Assembly: GCA_965116495.1 (NCBI GenBank)
Contig: OZ220696.1
Span: forward strand, 1,408,001 to 1,472,000
DNA length: 64,000 nt
Direction of reading: 5' to 3'
DNA from: Gammaproteobacteria bacterium
GTDB lineage: Bacteria > Pseudomonadota > Gammaproteobacteria > Eutrophobiales > Eutrophobiaceae
In this document: positions 1-8,476 of the stretch, piece after piece
How the letters are laid out: each line of letters begins with the position of its first letter
Numbering within the stretch: position 1 is the stretch's first letter
Program-made: the position numbers and the translations under genes
The notes under the pieces: generated by a model
Databases searched by the model: none
The model's input: only the letters and a program-made list of their open reading frames with translations
What the model was told of the DNA's origin: nothing

Positions 1-461
1 AGAATGCCCGAGACCATGGCCGGCAGGAAAACGGCCGTATACGCCGCATACAGGACCAGTGATGGGACCAGCGTGAAAAAGCCGTTGGCAATGTCGACAT
101 TGAAGCCGTATGTCCTGCGGTCCGCATAAGAACTGTCGTATAAGCAATACGACGCCCATGCGTCCGCCCAAATCGTCGGGGACAATAATTTTCCAACCGG
201 AACTTCTGTAGTCATAAATGCAGCGGCCGGCGTTTGGCCGGTTTTCGCGCACTGATCACGCCAATAACCGGCACGTTCTTCAATATAATCCCGCCGCCAG
301 AAAAGACACATCTCCCAGTAGCACACCAGCAGATTGATCGAAAAAAACAGGCTTAACAGGCAATAGTATGTATTTAGGATACCATTCACCCGGTAATTCA
401 CGCCAATGCCGGCAACGGCAAACCCCACAATAAAAACCGCAATAAACGAACCAACATGCAT
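1..461 (-). CDS. Integral membrane protein, possibly EXPERA/EBP-like (3' end outside window)
   Basis: Not in the ORF track. Manual translation from ATG at 461 is open to the window edge: MHVGSFIAVFIVGFAVAGIG...CYWEMCLF...WADAWASYCLYDSSYADRRTYGFNVDIANGFFTLVPSLVLY. Several hydrophobic helices; the W-x2-Y-x3-D-x2-Y motif resembles EBP/EXPERA. Confidence 0.7.
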   Translation of the reverse strand, partial: MHVGSFIAVFIVGFAVAGIGVNYRVNGILNTYYCLLSLFFSINLLVCYWEMCLFWRRDYIEERAGYWRDQCAKTGQTPAAAFMTTEVPVGKLLSPTIWADAWASYCLYDSSYADRRTYGFNVDIANGFFTLVPSLVLYAAYTAVFLPAMVSGI

Positions 462-580
462 TTTAATTCCAACCTTCCGTCTCAGTAAATTACAATATTA
501 ATCGAGACTGCATTGTATGCTATAAAACGGTAATTCGCTGTACCGGGAATACCGGATTAAGAAATAGAGAGAAAATTCTT

Positions 581-1834
581 ATGCATGTAATCATTGTCGG
601 CGCAGGCATTGGCGGTCTGACTGCTGCATTGAGTCTGGAAAAAGCCGGTATTGAAGCAACCGTCTTTGAAAGTACGGAAAGCATCGAACCATTGGGTGTG
701 GGTATCAATGTCCTGCCCCATGCTGCGAGGGAGTTGATCGCGCTCGGACTTAGGGATGATTTGGACAGGCTTGCCATTCGCACACGCTCCATGAAGTATT
801 TTTCCCGGCGCGGCAAGCTGGTAATCAGTGTCCCATGCGGTGAATATGCCGGTTACAACTGGCCGCAGTACTCGCTGCACCGCGGGGAATTGCAGATGCT
901 GCTGCTTGAAACGTTTAAACGGCGTGCAGGCAGGGACAGGGTTGTCACCGGTCATCAGCTTGGGGGTTTTTCACAAAACGAAGACTCGGTTACGGCGAAT
1001 TTTATCGATCCCTCATCGAATAAACCACGGGCCGATGCCACCGGCGACCTGCTCGCAGGCGCTGACGGACTCCATTCGGCAACGAGAAAAACGTTATACC
1101 CGGATGAAGGCGCAGCAGTCTATGCCGGCATGGTATGTTTCCGCGGCGCAGCTAAGGCATCCCCCTATCTCGATGGCGAATCCATGATTATCTGCGGCGA
1201 CAATCGCCTGCGCCTGGTGTCGTATCCCATCTCCGGGTCGTTACAGAGGAAAGGACACAGCCATATCAACTGGATTGCCGCCGTCCCTTTTGTCACGGAC
1301 AAACGCCAGGAGGAAGATTGGGGCAAGCTGACCAGACCGGATAACCTGATCGAACTCTATAGCGACTGGCAATTCGACTGGCTGGACGTGCCCGGCATCA
1401 TCTCTGACACGGAACAGATATTTGAATTCCCGATCTATGACAGGGACCCGTTGGAGCAGTGGACATTTGACAGGGTAACCCTGCTGGGCGATGCAGCTCA
1501 TCCCCTGATCCCGGTCAGTTCCAGCGGCGCGGTTCATGCCATTATCGATGGCCGGGCGCTGGCTTATGCATTGGCCACACATCGTGATCCGGTAGCAGGT
1601 CTGCAGGCCTATGAAGCCGACAGGCTGCCGAAAGCAAACCAGGTGGTGCTGGCCAGCCGCAGGAACGGTCCCGATGAAGTACTGGAGATAGTCAGAAATG
1701 AATGCCCCGAAGATGCGGTTGACATTCACGACCATGTCAGCAAAACCAGGTTGCAATCCGTTATTGATGACTTCAGGGAGCGCTCGGGTTTTGCCATAGA
1801 AACACTCAACAACGGTCCTTCCTACACAGTCTGA
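581..1834 (+). CDS. FAD-dependent monooxygenase, PhzS-like group A flavoprotein hydroxylase
   Basis: GAGIGG FAD motif, LGVGINVLPHA and PQYSLHRGELQMLLL (PhzS-like), GADGLHS (DG motif), GDAAH (GD motif). Confidence 0.88.
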   Translation: MHVIIVGAGIGGLTAALSLEKAGIEATVFESTESIEPLGVGINVLPHAARELIALGLRDDLDRLAIRTRSMKYFSRRGKLVISVPCGEYAGYNWPQYSLHRGELQMLLLETFKRRAGRDRVVTGHQLGGFSQNEDSVTANFIDPSSNKPRADATGDLLAGADGLHSATRKTLYPDEGAAVYAGMVCFRGAAKASPYLDGESMIICGDNRLRLVSYPISGSLQRKGHSHINWIAAVPFVTDKRQEEDWGKLTRPDNLIELYSDWQFDWLDVPGIISDTEQIFEFPIYDRDPLEQWTFDRVTLLGDAAHPLIPVSSSGAVHAIIDGRALAYALATHRDPVAGLQAYEADRLPKANQVVLASRRNGPDEVLEIVRNECPEDAVDIHDHVSKTRLQSVIDDFRERSGFAIETLNNGPSYTV

Positions 1835-1881
1835 CGCAACACCGGCCAGGAATTGACACCGGGTGAAGAAGTAATTCCTGC

Positions 1882-4212
1882 CTACAATTTTCCCAGCGCC
1901 TGCAGCACCTTCTCCGGCGTAATCGGCAATTCCGTAATCCTGACGCCTATGGCGTTGTATACCGCATTGGCGATGGCCGCGGCGGGGACGATCAGGCACA
2001 TCTCGGACATGCTCTTGGCGCCAAACGGTCCGGTCGGCTCTTCTGAATCGACGAAGATACTCTCTATCTCAGGCGGCATCTCCATGGATGTGGGAATTTT
2101 GTAATCCAGGAAATCTCCGGACAGGCAGGCCCCCGTATCAGGGTCAAACTGCAGGTGTTCCATCAAGGCGTAGCCCATGCCCTGCTGAAAACCTCCCTCA
2201 ACCTGACCCTCGGCTGACTTGGGATGGAATACCCGGCCTGCATCCCCGGCGTACACCGCACGCAGGACCTTGACCTCGCCGGTATCCGTATCGACCTCCA
2301 CTTCGACGAACTGCGCCGCGGCAGGCGACGGGTTTGACGGCGGCGCCTGGCTGGCGGAACCGATGATGGTGCCCTTCTCCGCGACGCTGGTGGGTTGCGG
2401 GCCGGTATCGGTCATCTGTATGAACGGAGATTCGGCCCGGGCGATGATATCCGTCATGGCGACACCGGAGTCCGGTGCGCCTTTGACCAGGATTTGGCCG
2501 TCCTCAAGGTGAAGGTCCTCGGGGTTCGCCTCCATGATCGCGGCAGCAGCCTGAAACAGACGCTGCTTGGCAGCCACTGCGGCTGCCTTTGTACCCAGGC
2601 CCGCCGAGTAAGTCGCACGGCTGGCGTGGGTAGGCGCGTCAAACGGCGCCGTATCGGTATCGGCATAGACGATTTTCACGGCTTCGGGCGCCAGGCCAAG
2701 CTCCTCGGCCACAACCTGGGTCAGCATGGTGATCTGGCCGGAGCCCAGGTCGACACAGGACGACACCACGTCGGCAGTACCGTCCCGATTCAGTTTTACC
2801 GTGGCCCCGGAGTGTTCATAGATGTCCGGGAACCCGAGGCAGCCACTCACCCAGAGCGGATGGCAGGCAAACCCGATACCGCGTTTTATCCTGCCTTCCG
2901 TCGCGCCGGCAGGACCGCGCCGGTCGAAACCGATGCGCTCGGCGCCCTGTTTCAGGCAGTCATCCAGGCGATAACTGTTCAATTTATGACCTTGCAATAC
3001 GGGGTGGGGGTCGCCTTCCTTCCAGGTGTTGCGGGAACGGAATTCAAACGGGTCGAGGCCCAGCTTTTCACAGATCTCGTCATTCTGGGATTCAACCGCA
3101 ACACAGCCCTGGGGGGCGCCGTAGCCGCGATAGCCGCCGCCGATGATGTTGTTGGTATAGACGGTGAAACCTTCCCAGACCTGATTCGGGCATTTCCATG
3201 GGAAAAACGTCCCGTACAGGCCGTGCACCATGATGACCTCAGCCCCGTGGGTGGCATGGGCGCCTGCATCCAGGATGCTCTTGATGTAACGAGCGGTATA
3301 GCTACCATCGTTCTTTACGCCGGTCTTGAGATACACCTTAATGGGGTTGCGGGTAGTCGAGATAAAGTCCTCCCCGCGGGTATGTTCTATTCGTACGGGC
3401 CGTCTCGACTTGCGACTCAACAATGCCGCGACGGGTTCAAGGTGCCCTATATCCAGCTTGCCGCCGAATCCACCGCCGATATAGGCCGGTTTGACTACGT
3501 TTACACTGCTCTCGGGGACACCCAGGGCAACCGCCATTTTCTCTCTCAGGCCAAAACCGTGCTGCATGGAGGAACGAACGGTAATCCTGCCGTCCGTTTC
3601 ACAATCCACCACACAGACGCGGGGCTCCATATAGCAGGTATGCACCCTCTGGGTCTGGTATACGCCCTCAAAAATATGGTCGGCCTCGGCAAACCCGGCT
3701 TCCAGGTCGCCAAAATTAAATGACGGCGTCTTGGCAATATTATTCGGCGCATGGTCGTGGATCTGCGGCGCGCCGTCCTGCATGGCCTGTTCCGGGTCAA
3801 ACACGACCGGCAGTTCCTCGTATTCGACATCGATGAGTTGTAGCGCGGCCTCTGCAATCTCCGGGGTTGACGCAGCGACGGCCGCCACCGGCTGACCGGC
3901 CCAGCGCACCCGCTCGCTCATCACGACAAAATCCTGAACCATGCTCTTGGCATGGGCCGGCACGAAATACACGGGAGTAAAATAATTCTGCGGCACGTCC
4001 GCAGGCGTAATCACCGCCTTCACCCCCGGCAGCCTTTCGGCTTCACTGGTGTCGATGCGGACTATTCGGGCATGGGGATAGGGACTGCGCAGCATCTTCC
4101 CGTGCAACATGCCCGGCAGGCTGTAATTCACAATATAGTGTTTTCCACCCGTGACCTTGTCATACGCATCCGGCCGGACAACGCTGTTACCGATAACATT
4201 CAATTGTGTCAT
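1882..4212 (-). CDS. Xanthine dehydrogenase family molybdopterin-binding (large) subunit
   Basis: DKVTG, LRSPYPHARI, GGGFGGK, YRGYGAPQG, EGQVEGG, GPFGAKSMSE. Start taken at MTQLNVIG (4212) behind a GGGGAA RBS. Confidence 0.93.
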   Translation of the reverse strand: MTQLNVIGNSVVRPDAYDKVTGGKHYIVNYSLPGMLHGKMLRSPYPHARIVRIDTSEAERLPGVKAVITPADVPQNYFTPVYFVPAHAKSMVQDFVVMSERVRWAGQPVAAVAASTPEIAEAALQLIDVEYEELPVVFDPEQAMQDGAPQIHDHAPNNIAKTPSFNFGDLEAGFAEADHIFEGVYQTQRVHTCYMEPRVCVVDCETDGRITVRSSMQHGFGLREKMAVALGVPESSVNVVKPAYIGGGFGGKLDIGHLEPVAALLSRKSRRPVRIEHTRGEDFISTTRNPIKVYLKTGVKNDGSYTARYIKSILDAGAHATHGAEVIMVHGLYGTFFPWKCPNQVWEGFTVYTNNIIGGGYRGYGAPQGCVAVESQNDEICEKLGLDPFEFRSRNTWKEGDPHPVLQGHKLNSYRLDDCLKQGAERIGFDRRGPAGATEGRIKRGIGFACHPLWVSGCLGFPDIYEHSGATVKLNRDGTADVVSSCVDLGSGQITMLTQVVAEELGLAPEAVKIVYADTDTAPFDAPTHASRATYSAGLGTKAAAVAAKQRLFQAAAAIMEANPEDLHLEDGQILVKGAPDSGVAMTDIIARAESPFIQMTDTGPQPTSVAEKGTIIGSASQAPPSNPSPAAAQFVEVEVDTDTGEVKVLRAVYAGDAGRVFHPKSAEGQVEGGFQQGMGYALMEHLQFDPDTGACLSGDFLDYKIPTSMEMPPEIESIFVDSEEPTGPFGAKSMSEMCLIVPAAAIANAVYNAIGVRITELPITPEKVLQALGKL

Positions 4213-4289
4213 AGTCGTATTTTCCCCAATCATGCAGTTCAACGATTCTACAATTATGGACAGTAATCATAATGACGACTGCCCCCGCC

Positions 4290-4316
4290 GTCATACCGGC
4301 GAATGCCGGTATCCAG
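4290..4316. repeat. dRS3/RPE-like palindromic repeat, single arm
   Basis: gtcataccggcgaatgccggtatccag; same family as 11047-11137, 18087-18201, 22994-23199, 56648-56741. Confidence 0.7.
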
Positions 4317-4337
4317 TTAACCAACTTTCATTATTTG

Positions 4338-4799
4338 TCAACTTGCCGCCGCTATCTGCACGGCTTCAACAATTTTCTGGTAACCGGTACAGCGGCACAG
4401 GTTCCCGGAGATGCCTTTACGTATGGCCTCCTCATCGGGATTCGGATTCTCCGCAAGTAACTGTTTGGCCGCCATCATGATTCCGCAGGTACAATAACCA
4501 CATTGCACCGCATCGGCATCGATAAATGCCTGTTGTACGGGGTCCAGGCCGTCACCGTCACCCAGTCCCTCCACGGTCTTCACTTTCCTGTCTCCGACCT
4601 GCATGGCTATGGTCATGCAGGAATAGACGGCTTTACCGTCAAGCAGGACGGTACAACAGCCGCAACCGCCGGAATCACACCCGCGTTTAGCTCCGTTCAA
4701 TCCCAGGGTTTCCCGCAATGTCTGCAACAGGCTGTCATAGGGTTGGACTGCGATCTCATGTACTTCATTATTCACATCAAGCTGAATTACCTGCTTCAT
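4338..4799 (-). CDS. (2Fe-2S)-binding small subunit of molybdenum hydroxylase (CoxS-like)
   Basis: GCDSGGCGCCTV and QCGYCTCG...NLCRCTGY; ATG at 4799 behind AGGAGAG. Confidence 0.93.
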   Translation of the reverse strand: MKQVIQLDVNNEVHEIAVQPYDSLLQTLRETLGLNGAKRGCDSGGCGCCTVLLDGKAVYSCMTIAMQVGDRKVKTVEGLGDGDGLDPVQQAFIDADAVQCGYCTCGIMMAAKQLLAENPNPDEEAIRKGISGNLCRCTGYQKIVEAVQIAAAS

Positions 4800-4812
4800 C
4801 AAGTCTCTCCTT

Positions 4813-5697
4813 TCAACCCACGCCTGCAAGCCTGGCCATTGCCTTGTGCAGGGCTTTCTCTGTCAACACATTGACCATGGCCGAGCGATACGCCTTCGAT
4901 GCCCGGTGGTCGGAGATGGGATCCACGTCGGTTTGCGCCGCGGCAGCCGCTGCGCCGATCACGTCTTCATCCACGCGGGCGCCGGCCAGCCGCTGTTCCG
5001 CCGACCCGGCCCTTACCGGGGTTTCACCGGTACCGCCACCCACAAACACCCTGGCCTGGCTGCATGAGCCGGAGCCCTCCAGCGTCAACGCCACCGCGAC
5101 ATTCACGATAGCCAGGTCATTGGCATTGGTTTCCAGCTTGATGAACGCACTGGCGCTGTTCGGTGGAGGTTGAGGCAGGCTGATTGCGGTAACGAATTCA
5201 TCCGGGGCGAGGCTGTTTTCAAACAGCCCGGGGGAAAATGCTTCGATGGGGATGTCACGGCTGCCATCCGGGCCATAAGCCTGAACCATGCCGTCTAATG
5301 CCAGGAAACCGGTCGGCAGATCGAACAGGGGGCAGGCTGAGGCGATGGAGCCACCCACCGTCGCGGAATTCATGATCTGTACCGGTGGATAGGCAATCGC
5401 ATCTTTAACCGCACCCAGCCAGGGTTCCCGTTGAATTTGTTCACTTGCCTCCAGTTGGGCCAACCGGGTTGTCGCGCCGATAACCACGTTGTCAGAGTCA
5501 ACGGCGATATGATCCAGACCCAGGCCCTGTATATCTATCAACGCCTCGATCCCCGTGAGCAGCCCCCTGGAAGCCAACCCATGCAGAAAAGTGCCCCCGG
5601 CAACGATTAGCGCACTATCCTCGTGCTGCTGCAGTAGCTGCACCACTGCAGGGATATCCGTTGGGCTGTGAAATGATTCAACACTTGTTAATGCCAC
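4813..5697 (-). CDS. FAD-binding medium subunit of molybdenum hydroxylase (CoxM-like)
   Basis: AGGT, QIMNSATVGGS, ISDHRASKAYR; first gene of an M-S-L operon. Confidence 0.9.
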   Translation of the reverse strand: MALTSVESFHSPTDIPAVVQLLQQHEDSALIVAGGTFLHGLASRGLLTGIEALIDIQGLGLDHIAVDSDNVVIGATTRLAQLEASEQIQREPWLGAVKDAIAYPPVQIMNSATVGGSIASACPLFDLPTGFLALDGMVQAYGPDGSRDIPIEAFSPGLFENSLAPDEFVTAISLPQPPPNSASAFIKLETNANDLAIVNVAVALTLEGSGSCSQARVFVGGGTGETPVRAGSAEQRLAGARVDEDVIGAAAAAAQTDVDPISDHRASKAYRSAMVNVLTEKALHKAMARLAGVG

Positions 5698-5867
5698 TGC
5701 GTCTCCCCCTTATCCCGCTGGTTATTTATTCTGATGGTTATTGGGGTCAACAGGATATGTTCTGCCATGTAGAATGGCAAGTGAAAAAGTAATTCAGGAC
5801 ACCCACAAATTTGAGCTGGAGTAATCGGAGCTCGGACAGGAGATGTCCCGTTTCGTTATTCTTCCTG

Positions 5868-5888
5868 TTGACAAACGGGGACAGTCAA
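5868..5888. promoter_or_regulatory. Putative operator overlapping a TTGACA -35 element in the divergent promoter region
   Basis: TTGAC-N11-GTCAA inverted repeat starting with a perfect TTGACA, upstream of the nicX-like gene. Confidence 0.4.
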
Positions 5889-5923
5889 TCAATCATGGTA
5901 AAAAATTATGAGGGGTATTTTAC

Positions 5924-7006
5924 ATGTTGCCTGCAGTCACCCGAGTACAGGAGTTGAACCCGGCAAAGCTGGGGATACTGTTTAAAAAAGAATTCGAACT
6001 CTGCCAGGTACGGCAGGGCGAGACCGTAATGATGCTGAGCGACCTGGCCACCCGGCGTGAATACGTGGAGGCGGCCTTCGCAGCGGCCGAAGACCTGGGT
6101 GCGGACGTGTATGAAATGTGCGTCAACTCCATACCTTCCTGGACCAAGGTCGGCGTTCCCACGGTCGGCCAGTGCAAGGGAACACTGGAAGCAGCCAAGG
6201 CCGCTGACATCATCGTCGCCCTGCATGTGCCGCTGTTCACCAGTTGGTTGAAGGAAGTCAGGAATGCCGGAACCCGGGTACTGATGATTATCGACTCTCC
6301 GGACGACCTGGAGCAATTGATGGCGCCGCCTGGCCTGAAGGAAGCTGTGCTCTATGCCGACAACCTGCTGGCGAAGACCCGGAAAATACGCATCGCCAGC
6401 GCGGCCGGCACCGACCTGGCCTACGACTGCGGGGAATACCCGGTGATGAGCCAGTACGGTTTTGCCGATGCGCCGGGACGGTTCGACCACTGGGGCGGCG
6501 GACACGTGCATACCTTTCCCAACGAAGGCAGCGCCAACGGCACTGTTGTGTTCCAGCCGGGTGATATCGTGATCCTGCCATACTGCCGCTACGTTCAGGA
6601 CGAGGTCAGACTGACTATCAATGATGGTTTTATCGACCGGGTGGAAGGCGGACTCGACGCCAAACTCATGCAGGATTGGCTGGATGATAACCGGGTGAGC
6701 AGCGCGGACAGGGACCCGTATGCCGTTTCCCACCTGGGCTGGGGCCTGAACCCGCAGGCCCTGTGGTACGGCATCGCCCTGAACGGAGATGAACCGGAGC
6801 GCAGCCGCGCCGCGGCCCGTACCTTCCCCGGCAACTTCCTGTTCTCGACCGGCCCCAATAACCAGGGCGGTGGCAAACGCACCACCCGCGGGCACTACGA
6901 CGTACCCATGCGGGATTGCAGCATGGAACTGGATGGCCGGGTCATCATAGAAAACGGCAGGATTATCGATGATAATATGACCGTCGAACGCATCATACAC
7001 ACATAA
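5924..7006 (+). CDS. nicX: 2,5-dihydroxypyridine 5,6-dioxygenase-like protein (NicX/Hpo family, peptidase M29 fold)
   Basis: GRFDHWGGG, FPNEGSANG, YAVSHLGWGLNP, GNFLFSTGPN, GHYDVPMRDC match NicX-family signatures with candidate His/His/Asp iron ligands. Confidence 0.75.
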   Translation: MLPAVTRVQELNPAKLGILFKKEFELCQVRQGETVMMLSDLATRREYVEAAFAAAEDLGADVYEMCVNSIPSWTKVGVPTVGQCKGTLEAAKAADIIVALHVPLFTSWLKEVRNAGTRVLMIIDSPDDLEQLMAPPGLKEAVLYADNLLAKTRKIRIASAAGTDLAYDCGEYPVMSQYGFADAPGRFDHWGGGHVHTFPNEGSANGTVVFQPGDIVILPYCRYVQDEVRLTINDGFIDRVEGGLDAKLMQDWLDDNRVSSADRDPYAVSHLGWGLNPQALWYGIALNGDEPERSRAAARTFPGNFLFSTGPNNQGGGKRTTRGHYDVPMRDCSMELDGRVIIENGRIIDDNMTVERIIHT

Positions 7007-7020
7007 CAGGAAGACACCCC

Positions 7021-7896
7021 ATGAAGGAATTTCAATACTTGGCGCCGCGCGGGCTTGAAGAGGCGGCCGTACTGATGGCTGAACACGCAGGTTCAGCGCA
7101 ACTCCTGGCCGGAGGAACGGACCTGCTGATTTTCATGCGCAATGGCCGCAAGTCTCCCGATTTCATCATCGATGCAAAAAAGATCCCGGAACTCACAGGC
7201 GTGCACCTGGATGCGGACAGCCTGACCATCGGCGCCGCGGTCAGTTGCCGGACAATCTGGGAGAACCAGGAAATAACCGACAGATTTCCCGCCCTGACGG
7301 ATGCAGCGACCTTGATCGGCGGGATACAGATCCAGGGGCGGGCGACGTTTGGCGGCAACCTGTGCAATGCCGCGCCCAGCGCCGACACCGTCCCCCCGGT
7401 GATCGTCTATGGCGCAATTGCCCACATTATCAGCGCCCGGGGTGAACGTGATGTGCCGGTGGAAGAAATCTGCACGGGACCCGGCCGTACTTCACTCGCC
7501 CCGGATGAAATCCTGGTCTCCCTGTCCATCCCTGCGCCAGCGGAAAACTCCGGCGCCGCGTTCCTGCGTTTTATTCCACGTAATGAAATGGACATCGCCG
7601 TGGCGAATGCCGCGGCCCGGGTCGACCTGGACGACAGCGGTGCAACCTTCAAGTCCGCCCGGATAGCCATAGGCGCAGTGGCCCCGACGCCCCTGTTCGC
7701 GGAAGCAGCCGGCGCCGCGCTCATAGGTAAAGCCGTGAACGATGAGTCGATAGCCGAAGCCGCCGGCATCGCCCGGGATGCAGCAACGCCGATCAACGAC
7801 ATGCGCGGCACGATTGAACACCGGAAACAACTGGTCGAGGTGTTGACAACGAGGGCACTGCGGCGAGCCATCGCCCGGGCAAATAACGAAGGATAA
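7021..7896 (+). CDS. FAD-binding medium subunit of second molybdenum hydroxylase
   Basis: LAGGTDL, QIQGRATFGGNLCNAAPSAD, PINDMRGT. Confidence 0.92.
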   Translation: MKEFQYLAPRGLEEAAVLMAEHAGSAQLLAGGTDLLIFMRNGRKSPDFIIDAKKIPELTGVHLDADSLTIGAAVSCRTIWENQEITDRFPALTDAATLIGGIQIQGRATFGGNLCNAAPSADTVPPVIVYGAIAHIISARGERDVPVEEICTGPGRTSLAPDEILVSLSIPAPAENSGAAFLRFIPRNEMDIAVANAAARVDLDDSGATFKSARIAIGAVAPTPLFAEAAGAALIGKAVNDESIAEAAGIARDAATPINDMRGTIEHRKQLVEVLTTRALRRAIARANNEG

Positions 7897-7996
7897 ACAA
7901 CAAGCTACATGGAAGCACATGAATATTGATCATAACTATCCTGTTTATCATATACATCTATGTTAAACACAGAATGATTTGAGGGAGAACAGATTT

Positions 7997-8476
7997 ATGA
8001 GCGGCAAATCACTTGTAACGGCAACGATTAACGGCGAGTCCAGAGGGTTCCTGTGTGAACCCAGGCAGAGCCTGCTGGAGGTATTGCGGGATGTCTTGTA
8101 CCTGACCGGCACGAAGGAAGGCTGCAACGACGGCAACTGCGGCGCCTGCAGCGTCATCGTGGACAGCGTCTTGCTGGACGCCTGCTGCATGCTGGCCGTC
8201 GAGGCGGAAGACAGCAGCATCGAAACCATAGAAGGGCTGGCGACAGGCGCTGAACTGCACCCCCTGCAACAGGCTTTTCTTGAAGATACCGGGTTGCAGT
8301 GCGGGATTTGTACCCCAGGTTTCCTGATGTCGGCAAAGGCATTGCTGGACAAACATCCCCGGCCTGATGAACACCAGGTACGCCACTGGCTGGCCGGGAA
8401 CCTGTGCCGTTGTACCGGTTACGACAAGCTGGTGCGATCCGTGTTGAAGGCAGCCGACAGTATGGCGGAGGCATGA
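7997..8476 (+). CDS. (2Fe-2S)-binding small subunit of second molybdenum hydroxylase
   Basis: GCNDGNCGACSV, QCGICTPG, GNLCRCTGY; RBS GAGGGAG before ATG 7997. Confidence 0.93.
   Translation: MSGKSLVTATINGESRGFLCEPRQSLLEVLRDVLYLTGTKEGCNDGNCGACSVIVDSVLLDACCMLAVEAEDSSIETIEGLATGAELHPLQQAFLEDTGLQCGICTPGFLMSAKALLDKHPRPDEHQVRHWLAGNLCRCTGYDKLVRSVLKAADSMAEA

Noticed and set aside
2395-3723. Long antisense ORFs (e.g. 2395..3723, 5906..7000, 11149..12051, 18279..19346, 22135..23148, 61868..62893)
   Set aside because: Shadow frames of well-supported GC-rich genes on the opposite strand, with no recognisable motifs
5924-7006. Leucyl aminopeptidase (M29) annotation
   Set aside because: Motifs and operon context match the NicX dioxygenase branch of the fold better, though this is not proven
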